This document shows positions 24,109 through 34,900 of a DNA stretch of 64,000 nt, one piece after another (the first letter of the stretch is position 1; every line of letters starts with the position of its first letter). The stretch spans positions 7,944,232 to 8,008,231 of the forward strand of contig CM082589.2 of the NCBI GenBank assembly GCA_040954595.2. The letters are read 5' to 3'. A program made the translations under genes and the position numbers. The stretch comes from Balanoglossus misakiensis (lineage: Eukaryota > Animalia > Hemichordata). Under the pieces are notes generated by a model. The model was given only the letters and a program-made list of their open reading frames with translations. It did no database searches and was not told where the DNA came from.

Positions 24109-27100
24109 ATGGATTTTGAAAATGTTACTGTTACCTGGTAAGTAAATCTGGATGTTAAAAGCCAATTGTACATTGACTTCTTTCATGTCGAGTCACATGT
24201 AAACTGGGTAGGTTGTCATGCTGGGCACTGCGTTACGTCATTACCAGTAAGTCATGTAAGTTTCTGTGACACAAACGCAGTCACCACACCACAGCTTGCT
24301 GCAGTTCAGTAGCTGTGCGTACAGGTCTGTGTGCTCCCGACATGTACGCAGGACTAGCAGTTCAGTAGCTCGAGGGTTGCCTTGGTTTGTGTGTTTCTAT
24401 CAGGGTTTGCCTTGGTTAGGCACAAGACAAAACCTCTAAGCTACTTAAACCCCGGTGCGGAAAGTACTGGGGTTCGGATTAACGTGTGTTTGTATAGTTG
24501 TTTAATTGGGAGTGGTCGTCGTGCATAATGACTGTGTAATTGCTCTCATGTACACAGAAAATAATTGAACACTTTACACTTCCACGCGATTGACAACTGT
24601 TTGAATGGCGTGGTTATTGTTTCCCAGGGACGCTTCTGAAAAGCACTGAAACCAGATTTCTCCCAAAATCATCGTTGTTTCAAAAGCTCGTGTACTTTTT
24701 CGTCGATAACTTTATGTTGTGTGTGTTTATAAAGCCAACTACTGTCGTTGTGTGGTGTAATTCTTTATGCTTGGATATGGCAAGCCTCAGGGGTCTTAAG
24801 TATAGCAATAGTAGTCTTTAATGTTGAAGTAGTACGATTATATTTTGATTCGTTAATATATTATAAATAAATAGTAGTATTTAATGTTGAAGTAGTACGA
24901 TTATATTTTGATTCGTTAATATATTATAAATAAATATTAGTATTTAATGTTGAAGTAGTACGATTATATTTTGATTCGTTAATATATTATAAATAAATAG
25001 TAGTATTTAATGTTGAAGTAGTACGATTATATTTTGATTCGTTAATATATTATAAATAAATAGTAGTATTTAATGTTGAAGTAGTACGATTATATTTTGA
25101 TTCGTTAATATATTATAAATAAATAGTAGTATTTAATGTTGAAGTAGTACGATTATAATTTGATTCGTTAATATATTATAAATAAATAGTAGTATTTAAT
25201 GTTGAAGTAGTACGATTATATTTTGATTCGTTAATATATTATAAATAAATAGTAGTATTTAATGTTGAAGTAGTACGATTATATTTTGATTCGTTAATAT
25301 ATTACAAATAAATAGTAGTATTTAATGTTGAAGTAGTACGATTATATTTTGATTCGTTAATATATTATAAATAAATAGTAGTATATAATGTTGAAGTAGT
25401 ACGATTATATTTTGATTCGTTAATATATTATAAATAAATAGTAGTATTTAATGTTGAAGTAGTACGATTATATGACACTTTGCAAGTATTATTATTATTT
25501 ACTTGTTTACTACCTCACTAGAGGGCGCACAATTTTATTGTCGGCCATTTTCTGTTTGTTTTGCGCGTCTCTGGCAGTCGCAGTCGAAAGAGATGGATAT
25601 CGAGGCAATATTGCACGAAATAAATTTGGCAACGTTGGTAGAGAGGTTCAAATATGAGCGGATTGAAGCTCCCACCGTTCTTTCCATGACGGAAGGGGAA
25701 ATAAAGAGATTGGGAGTTACAAGAGCAGGTGATCGAGTGCGACTCCGAGACCTTTGCAAGGAAGCAACTCAGCCGTCACCGGCCTAGCTCTGCGTACAGG
25801 TCTGTGTGTTCCCGGCGTTACACAGCCTCCACCACAGCCCTGCAAGGCGCCATAGAAAAAACTGGTGCTTCTGCGGTCCGGATCCGGACTGCAGCTTTTT
25901 CGGCCGAAATTCGATTTTATCGAAGCAAAATCCTTTCCCTGTCTACTTCTGCCCCCTAAGGGACCGTTCAGTTTTTACGGCAGGGGGGGGGGGCGGCAAG
26001 TTTGTGTCATCGGTTCTCAAAATCAGGCCGACCCCCCTTCACCCAGGACCAAAAAATGATGCCCCCCCCCTTGACAGACCCAAAAATATGATGACCCCCC
26101 CCCCACGCCCAAAACATTCGCCGTCCTGATCCTATGTACACTGTATGCAATAAAGGGAATGAGGCTCCTCACACCTCAATTATAAATTTCTTAAAGTATT
26201 ATTGAAGTATATAATAGTATATCATTGCAATAAAGAAATCTATGAACAAATTAAAATGACAAGTCAATACAATAGTTGCAGGAATCGGTAAAACAAGAAA
26301 AGTGACGGGGGTCGGTGTGGGAGGGGGACAACCCCTCCCACATAAGAAAATTTTGTAAAATATGTAGCGTAAAGTTGCATTTTAATGAAGTCAAAAGCAA
26401 ATTATCTCAATGTTTGGGAGGACCATTTTACTTTTTGCCACTCCACTCAAAGTTAGAAGATTTGGCGTCATCTTCGCCATGACATCATTTAAAACTTCTA
26501 GTATATAGAAGATGCAGCGCGAAACGATCAGTTATGCAAAATGGTTTAAACAATTATTCTCCTTTATGTATTCACTTTGTTAAATTTTATCATCGGTGGG
26601 TTTTGGGGTGGCAAGCAGTCTGCCCTGGTTCACTAGACAAACCAGCAAAAAATGACATGTGGCGGATAATGAAGGGGGTGGGTGTGGGAGGGGGTGTTTA
26701 TTTGTAAAATAAAGGGTGCGAAACTGCAATTTTGTGGACTCAAAAGCAAAAGTTCGGTGGCGAAAGTATGTGACCCCCCCCCCCTAAACGTTTAAAAAAA
26801 CCAGATGACCCCCCCCCCCCCTTGTGGACTTCAAAATTCAAGTGACCCCCCCCCCTGGATTTTGCCGCCCCCCCCCCCCGGCCGTAAAAACTGAACGGTC
26901 CCTAACCGACTCCAAATATGATGCGATTAACTTGTCCTAACGTCCGAACCACTCGCGTTTGATTCATTTTTGTGTGTTTACATGTTGAGATCGCCATATT
27001 AAATATAAAGCTTACAGCGAGTTTATTTCCATGGGTAAACAAAAAAGTTTTAGAAAGCGAGCGGTTCGGACGTTAGGACAAGTTAATCGCATCATATTTG

Positions 27101-30100
27101 GAGTCGGTTAGGGGGCAGAAGTAGACAGGGAAAGGATTTTGCTTCGATAAAATCGAATTTCGGCCGAAAAAGCTGCAGTCCGGATCCGGACCGCAGAAGC
27201 ACCAGTTTTTTCTATGGCGCCTTGCAGGGCTGTGGTGGAGGCTGTGTAACGCCGGGAACACACAGACCTGTACGCAGAGCTAGGCCGGTGACGGCTGAGT
27301 TGCTTCCTTGCAAAGGTCTCGGAGTCGCACTCGATCACCTGCTCTTGTAACTCCCAATCTCTTTATTTCCCCTTCCGTCATGGAAAGAACGGTGGGAGCT
27401 TCAATCCGCTCATATTTGAACCTCTCTACCAACGTTGCCAAATTTATTTCGTGCAATATTGCCTCGATATCCATCTCTTTCGACTGCGACTGCCAGAGAC
27501 GCGCAAAACAAACAGAAAATGGCCGACAATAAAATTGTGCGCCCTCTAGTGAGGTAGTAAACAAGTAAATAATAATAATACTTGCAAAGTGTCATATAAT
27601 CGTACTACTTCAACATTAAATACTACTATTTATTTATAATATATTAACGAATCAAAATATAATCGTACTACTTCAACATTAAATACTACTATTTATTTAT
27701 AATATATTAACGAATCAAAATATAATCGTACTACTTTAACATTAAATACTACTATTTATTTATAATATATTAACGAATCAAAATATAATCGTACTACTTC
27801 AACATTAAATACTACTATTTATTTATAATATATTAACGAATCAAAATATAATCGTACTACTTCAACATTATATACTACTATTGCTATACTTAAGACCCCT
27901 GAGGCTTGCCATACTTGGACCTGTTTGGGCCGATTTTCATAGAGCCAAGATCGTTGGTGTTGTCTGTTGTCAGTCAAACGGCATTAAGATTCGCCACTGA
28001 TTTGGGGGGTCTTTTATACCCCGCACCGGGGTTTAAATAATCCATTGAAAACAGTATGTATGCATGCTGTTCAAATACTAGTACATCTTATCAGTGGAAC
28101 ATTTTTGACTTTTAAACAAACTCTTATAGCACAGCTCTAAAAGTGCCATCGACGATGAGAATTCAGGGAGACATATACAAATACACCCCTTTCACGAAGA
28201 TTTCCTTTATGAAATTGTTCACTTCATGAGGTGTTTGTAACAATGCTTTGTTACTGTTAGTCTTTTATTATACCAGTAAAGTGGCTAAAATCATTAAATC
28301 GGTAGCTTAGAGGACCTTCGGATCCAGGTTTCACGTCATATAAATGCTTTCGCTGCAATGATTGTAGCAGGTGCTGCTAGGATGACTGGTTACATACATG
28401 TATGGTGGCGCTCTTTTTTCACGTGTGTCACCCACTGAAAATCTGTGATTGGCTAGATCTCAATTTGCCATGGTAACTATAGCTAATTTTCCACTCCATA
28501 CCTTTAAACCCTGTAACTGAGCTGACAACAGATCCGCTGCAGAAAGTTGGAAGAGAGTGTCCAAAAACACCCAAAATCAATGATTTTTTCAGGGGTAGTA
28601 TGTGTATGGTGAAATGCACAGATGGGGCAACCATATTCAAAAACAAAATCATTTTCGGTTTTCATTGGTTCGTGCAACTAATGTTTTGGCTTGGACTGAG
28701 GAGCCTTAGCGTTTTGAATTTTGACCTTATTTGCATATCAATGTCGTCATGGGGCATGCGCTCACAATCGTGCAGATTTCCAACTACATTTGTAGTTACC
28801 AGCCCCTTCCCAGACTCTGAAAACGGTTTGGTCCAAAGCGGGTTGTAATTTCCCAAAGCAACCCATAGCAATGGGCAAAAGATACAGGTGCCCCATTATA
28901 AATGGCAGTTCATGGGTAACTGAAGTACGGTGGAGACAAAATTAAGATACCAGCATAGTGCGGACGCAGCCAAAAATCTTTCTCCAAAGGAGTTACTTTA
29001 TGTCACCCTAAGGTTTAGTTGGAGTGACAATTTTGAATGACATTAAACTTAAAGGGACAAAGTCTCTCTCTCGCTGCCTATTTTCCCATTAATTATGTTT
29101 GATACAAGACACCGTTTATGTTATTCTACATGTGGATATGTAGTGAATCAAGTCTGTACCACACACAACTTCCATCCCGTTTGTAGAATATGAGAGTGAA
29201 AAACTCGCCAAAATGAATAATCGGTGTTTACACTGTACCATTTATTCATTTTGGGTGAGTTTCTACTCTCATATCCTACAAGCGGGATGGAAGTTGTGTG
29301 TGGTTGAACATTCATTCACTACATATACACATGTAGAATAACATAAACAGTGTCTTGTATCACACATAATTAATGGAAAAAGGGCAGCGAGAGAGAGACT
29401 TTGTCCCCTTAATGTGTGCTACATTTGTAATTTTGTGTACAAATTTTGACCTTTTTTTCTTTTACCATATTGCAGGTGCTTGCAAAACTTTGAAGCTTGT
29501 GAATTCACAAAGGTGAGAAAAAGTGATATCTGGGATGCTTATCAGGCAGCGTTCACCAACCCGGAGGCGAAATTAAAAGATCTGGCTTTTTCCAGACTTC
29601 TAAGGACACTGTTTCCTCTAAAGTCTACTAGAGTGGTTGATCGGAAGACTGGGGAAGTACTGAGGTGTTATCATGGTATGAAGGTCAGAGTTGTTGAAAG
29701 CACGGCAGCCCAGCTACTGCCCATTGCTCACATTGCACAGTTGCTTCCAAGCAACGTAGTTCAGTATCCAACTGAGTCACCAAACGTTCTGCAGTTCGGT
29801 CTGCCGACCAATCACCTCTGTAATGGTAACCCACTTATGAAGAAGGTGACACTCTCTGACGTTGAATGGAGCTTGCAAATTCGCAATAAGGACATTCCTT
29901 TAAGTAGCCTGTGTATTTCGAAAAAGTTCAGACCCACTAAGTATGACGCCGAAGTAGTGTTGCAAACCGTCAGCAAAATTAAACTCTGCAAAGGCGTTGC
30001 CATTGACAGAAATACGGTATGTGAATCGACACAGGTGATATCAGAGTTGTACAGTACTACTGACGGGGCAGGGTCTGAGGAATATCTGATGAGAAGCATT

Positions 30101-30724
30101 AAGTGCCTACAGGTGCTGGAGTGGTCACCTGTGGCGTATGCTTGCTACAAATGCAAGTGTGCAGTATCAAAAGTCTTGAGGGACTTGAGGGCTGAAGAGG
30201 AAACCTCGGAGTCTGAGGAAGAAAGTGATGTCGACATGGACGAACTGCTGGCCAAAGGCTTTCCGAATGCATCGGAAGAGATGAAAACACTGTTGCAGAG
30301 CCAGCATGATGCACTGGCATGCAAGAATCCAAAATGTCGGAGATGGGATCCGAAAATAATCCAAGTCTGTCTGAAAATGTGGATGACAAGCGGTCGGGCA
30401 TACAAAGTGTTACAAAACAGTCAAATGTTGGTGCTACCGTCAGAACGCACGTTGGCTTACTACAAAGACTGCGTGCCACAGGGCAGAGCAGTAAATGGTG
30501 AGAGCTCGCCGTGTCCAAAGGAGAAGGATGATAGTGATGAAGACACTGAAAATCAACCTGGACCAAGTGGTATGCCGCAGTCAGAACATCATCCAAACGG
30601 TGTCAGTGATACTGATAGCGTAGGTGAACAACAGGGCCAGGCAAACATGACAGATTCTCCCAAACAAGGAAAGAGAAAAAGGTTCCACAAAGAAAGTCAA
30701 GAGACTGGGAAAGAACTGAAATAG
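24109..30724 (+). CDS. RFX-like winged-helix protein with a P-element-transposase N-terminal HTH and no catalytic domain
   Basis: Exon 24109-24137 (MDFENVTVT, donor GTAAGT, phase 2) joins exon 29476-30724 in frame; a possible in-frame 96-nt exon lies at 28135-28230. WCLQNFE..VRKSDIWDAY..FSRLLRTLFP..CYHGMKVR resembles the RFX DNA-binding domain. RRWDPKIIQVCLKMWMTSGRAYKVLQNSQMLVLPSERTLAYY resembles the P-element/THAP9 HTH. An acidic tail and KGKRKR-type NLS follow. Confidence 0.75.
24310..24356. mobile_element. 47-bp TAG...CTA mini-element (AcademH-type)
   Basis: Imperfect 14-bp TIRs and exact 9-bp TSD GCAGTTCAG at 24301-24309 and 24357-24365. Its left part matches the terminus at 25785. Confidence 0.75.
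24808..25472 (+). repeat. 63-bp AT-rich minisatellite, about 10.5 copies (about 4.5 inverted copies at 27596-27881)
   Basis: Unit AATAGTAGTATTTAATGTTGAAGTAGTACGATTATATTTTGATTCGTTAATATATTATAAATA; period 63 read from 24841, 24904 and 24967. Confidence 0.95.
25593..25787 (+). pseudogene. SAM-domain ORF fragment of the transposon, terminated by the TAG of a nested element
   Basis: MDIEAILHEINLATLVERFKYERIEAPTVLSMTEGEIKRLGVTRAGDRVRLRDLC fits the SAM pattern (L..LGV...G.R.RL). Confidence 0.65.
25785..27282. mobile_element. TAG...CTA (AcademH-type) non-autonomous element at the centre of the palindrome
   Basis: TAGCTCTGCGTACAGGTCTGTGTG...CACACAGACCTGTACGCAGAGCTA; the terminus is shared with the TSD-flanked 47-bp element at 24310. 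Confidence 0.7.
25960..26902. mobile_element. PIF/Harbinger-type MITE, family A
   Basis: TIR GGGACCGTTCAGTTTTTACGGC with TAA TSD. The opposite palindrome arm (about 27100-27120) shows the empty site. A second copy lies at 51954-53046. Confidence 0.9.
27280..27474 (-). pseudogene. Inverted copy of the SAM-domain ORF fragment
   Basis: Identical translation to 25593-25787 in the ORF track. Confidence 0.65.
29053..29408. mobile_element. TTAA-type (Kolobok-like) palindromic MITE
   Basis: TTAA|AGGGACAAAGTCTCTCTCTCGCTGCC...GGCAGCGAGAGAGAGACTTTGTCCCC|TTAA. Confidence 0.85.
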
Positions 30725-30739
30725 CCCTGTAGTAATTAA

Positions 30740-31087
30740 AGGGACCCTGCCCTTTTTCCATTAATTATGTTTGATACAAGACACCTTTTATGGTATTCTA
30801 CATGTGAACATATGTATATACATATACATGTGAATCAACGTTCGACCACACACAACTTCCATCCCACTTTTAGACACGAGAGTAAAAATCTCGCCAGAAT
30901 GAATAATCAGTCTCTACCGTTTAATCATTTTGGCAAGATTTTTACTCTCATATCCTACAAACGGGATGGAAGTTGTGTGTGGTCGAACATTGGTTCACTA
31001 TATATCCACATGTAGAATAACATAAACGGCGTCTTGTATCAAACATGATTCATGGAAAAAGGGCAGTGGGAGAGAGAGTTTGTCCCT
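30740..31087. mobile_element. Same Kolobok-like MITE family, 15 bp after the stop codon of the RFX/P-derived gene
   Basis: TTAA|AGGGAC...TTTGTCCCT|TTAA, with internal homology to 29053-29408. Confidence 0.8.
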
Positions 31088-31353
31088 TTAAATGCCGTGT
31101 TGACTGAAGACATGTGCAATGTCATACGTGTATGTTGTGACATTTGCCAAATTCGGTTTCAAATGGACATCACCAGGGAGGATATGAAAAACATGACAGC
31201 ATATGCCAAACCTATTTGATCAAATTTATTCAAGTTTTTATTTGATGTTTCAACTTGTTTAGGGGAATGGAACAAAGGACAGTGTTACTGAGGATGGATT
31301 CAGAAATTAAGTTTACATTGTATTTGACTTTAGACTGTATATTGCCATGTATA

Positions 31354-31987
31354 GCGTAGTTGCCCGGGTAAGAGCCCCGGGTGCTGGGCCAACAGATTAG
31401 CGAAAAAACAGGGGGGTGGGGGGCTTTAGCCCGGATATGGCCTCGAGATTTATGCAAATGAGGGATGGCCACCTCGACTTTTATGCAAATTTTTGAGTGG
31501 TTCATTCTCCGAGTCCAAGTCGGGATCTTCCAATGTTGGGTGTTTCGCGTCGAGGACGGACTGAAGCAGCTCCACGCGGCCGCTTTGGAAAGCTCCCCGG
31601 TGACCTCACACGCGGCAGCGCGTCCATCTACGTGATCGTTGAATTCGAGGCACGGTCCCGAGGGACCTGTCTGAGGTCATGTTTTCTAAAGCGGCTATAT
31701 ATAACTCAGCGTGGCCAGTCGGCCGCGGTGGGTACGATAATCAGCGCGAAAGTAAATCATCATACATTTTTTTTTTCACTTTTAGTGACTTTGGGGATGA
31801 AAATCCGCCTTTTTTGCATTGCACTTTATTAAATTTCCAAGAATTTAATGGATATTCGGCCGGGGGGGGGGGGGGGGGGGGCTTTAGACCGGATATGGCC
31901 TCGATCTACAAATGGGCCCTAAAACCAGGGGGGGGGGGGGGGGGGGGGCGTTTGTCCGAGCAGGGGTTCTTACCCGGGCAACTACGG
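31354..31987. mobile_element. Tc1/mariner-type MITE
   Basis: TA|GCGTAGTTGCCCGGGTAAGA ... TCTTACCCGGGCAACTACGG|TA; TA TSD and about 20-bp TIR. Confidence 0.75.
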
Positions 31988-34900
31988 TATATGAGAATTA
32001 GTTTTTTGGCAATTTTCAGCATTTTTTTTATTAGGATACTATCAAGTACATTTTCGCTTTCTTGTTATACTTTAATATTTGTCATGCTAAAATTCATAAG
32101 TATTCATTTTGTTATCGTAGCTTGGATACTTGTAATAGTAGCCATTGTTATTGTTGACTTTATACTGGAGCAGACTTGAAATCAATCCTTAACCAGAACA
32201 ATCTGTGTTCTCCCCAGAGCAATTATAGAGTGGCAACTGCCACTCTGTTATTTTAAAAATGTATAATCAAAAATATGGCAGCAAAGAGGTGATCTGGCGA
32301 TTTTCTCCTATGTTTTCCATGTTCTACTTCCAGTTAAAACATTTCTATGTTAGAAATTAAAAGCCAAGGGCTGGCTCGCCTTTGAATTTTCCAAGTGCAG
32401 GCATTGTTTATTTTCACTTGGTAAGGAATATGCATGTACATGTATACCCTTTTGAGGAGTCCCATGAGTAATAGTGAAGTAAGCCCTCACCGCAGTTTGG
32501 CATGGCAGCTCCCTTTCAGTATCGCACAGTCTTGGAGCAGGACTAGCTATTATAACCCTTAAAGGGAAGGGTTGTCACGCCGCGTTGGTGTCCCCCTTGA
32601 TGAGAATATCTCCTCCCATACCAGCACAAACCTCACTGCAGTCACCACGATCTACTAGGATCTTCAGTTGCTGTCATGCCCAGTCTTTGCCACAGTTGGC
32701 TGCTTCGTTCATTCTAAGAACTATCTAATTTCAGGGATTTGTGGATGAATTGTAATGTTTATAAACAAACAAACAAACAAACAAACAAACGTGGTGCAAC
32801 GACCACTTTCCATTATGCCATTGTACAGACAACTCAAACAAGCAATATTATGGGTGATGTGCTACTCTCAAACTGAACCAATGTACGAAGCCAACAAGGC
32901 ACAGAAAAACTTTCCTTCAAACATAAGGCCGAAAAAAAAAATGTGCTGTTCCGATTACGCGACCTACCCTAATTTTAACCCGCCGTGTCTATGTAAGTGT
33001 CTGTTGTGGATTTTTAAATGTCGCCACCAACGGCGGGTATGGAAAATAAATGGTGCTTGCTCAGCAAAAGGTCATAAAATGTAAATATATATTGAAAACA
33101 CGCGTACGTCGCCAGACCATCCGCACCTGTTCAAACGTTCCTTCTATATGCAAATAGTTGAGACACAGTTCTGACATAAACGAAAGGCAAGGTCTGTTGT
33201 GGACCAACGGTGTATATGACGAAGAGCAGTGTAGCAATATGACCTGCAGGGTTTCAATGACGTCACCATCAACTATGTGAACTTTTTAAAGGTTCCCGCA
33301 CGCGAGATGAGATAGCTGAGCAAAAAAGTTATCCCAGGAAATGTAGTCAGCATTTGTTTCTCTAGTTTGCTGGCGATTTTTTGCCGTTGAGAAAAATATC
33401 CTACCTGTTTGATATTTTTTCCTGGCAAAGAAAATTACTCACGGCTGCCCGGACACACCTGAAAAATAGCCAGCGGAGTAATTTAATTGACCTCGTGAAA
33501 TAATCAAATGGTGACCAGTCCAGACTGAATTTAAGGTGTTAATGAAAATGTATCTGACCTAAATCAGCACCCGGAAATTGAAGACGAAATAAGTTGAAAT
33601 GCAAGACTCAATCTTGTGTTGGTCACGACACGCACGAAACACAAAACTTCTCGTACACAATCACTAAAATAACAATGCTTAAGTAGTTGGCGAGTTGCGA
33701 CTTGCATGACATTAGTGAAAATGTGTCTGAGGACAGACGTGTCTTGAATTTCATTTATTCCCTATATGATTGTCTCGACTCAAAGAATAATGCTATGGAA
33801 ACAAAGAATAAATGACTATTGTAGTGATAGAATTCACATGATCGCACCTTCACACGGTTGATTGCAAACACTTTATTATCCCCCAACACTGATTCATATA
33901 TACCCTTTGTGTTCAAAAATGGGTAACTTTGCCCGGGCCTCCAGACTGCCACTCTTAGCAGCCGTCTACCCCCTCAAGAATTCAATGACAATTTCTCATC
34001 CATGACACACACACAATTAAAGATTGACGTAGTCAGTTTGTTCGCAACATTTATCACCCAGGTAAAATTGCCCGAAGGTTTACGTTACTTGGGGTAACAT
34101 GCTCATGGTTTGGAAAAGTGCCATCAGATGCAGATGGTTTTGTATTATGATTTGTGAACAGCCTGGGTCAGAAACACCATGTCCCCGTTCACATATGTTG
34201 CGTTAATCAGGGATGGTGTGGAATATGCACTGAGTATATTGACCAAGACATAAATTAAGTATGTATGTCAAGGATTTGCAGCATGTAAATATTAAAATTA
34301 ATTGTGACATAAAGGACGTGTGTGCGCAGCTGCCCTCTCTGTTGTATTATATTTACGTAATTATGGAGGTCCAAACTTGCGTGAACGTCTATACTCTTTC
34401 AAAACATTAATTTTAAATCAGTCCAGTAACTTCTTAGTATGTAGTTTCAAGGGTCAGGATGAAATATTACTACGTCCAAAGCTATTGAGTAAATAATTCG
34501 TGCACTTGTATACTGAAATGGGCGTACATTGAACCGTGGAAATCAATATACAGTGGCCATATAAGATGTATTCGCACTGATGGTTTTGTTGTGGTGAATT
34601 CTGTCGTCATTATGACCCGGTTCCAGTGAAAATCAAACGTATTTGAACCCGGAAAGTCAACAACATATAAGTAGTGCCACACCCATTCCTTCACTGGTCA
34701 CGACCTTTGCTGAACAATATGCATACATGTACTTGATTCACACAATCATATAGAAATCAATCCACACTATAGTTGGCGAGATAAGACTTTATGAGTTTCG
34801 TGAAAAGTGTCAAGAGGTCTGAAAAGTCTAAAACAAACCTGCCTATATATTTCACTACAAAAGCTGACAAGACAGAGAGAAAATGTATTTTTAGCGTGGT

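Larger units (their letters stand above)
24776..27913. mobile_element. Palindromic (two-left-ends) IS3EU-like element with a 63-bp subterminal minisatellite and SAM-domain ORF fragments
   Basis: Termini TATGG...CCATA and exact 6-bp TSD CTTGGA at 24770-24775 and 27914-27919. The arms are near-perfect inverted copies up to a central spacer at about 26955-27056. Confidence 0.8.
24449..28032. mobile_element. TTAA-flanked element with 12-bp TIRs (piggyBac/Kolobok-like); outermost layer of the nest
   Basis: TTAA|ACCCCGGTGCGG ... CCGCACCGGGGT|TTAA. Confidence 0.6.

Noticed and set aside
24808-25472. Regular 63-bp repeats resembling a CRISPR array
   Set aside because: The units are contiguous and near-identical with no unique spacers, there are no cas genes, and the context is eukaryotic. 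It is a transposon subterminal minisatellite.
32926-33000. TAA|GGCCGAAAAAAA...CCTACCCTAATTTT, resembling a Zator/Harbinger MITE end
   Set aside because: No matching right end or TSD was found.
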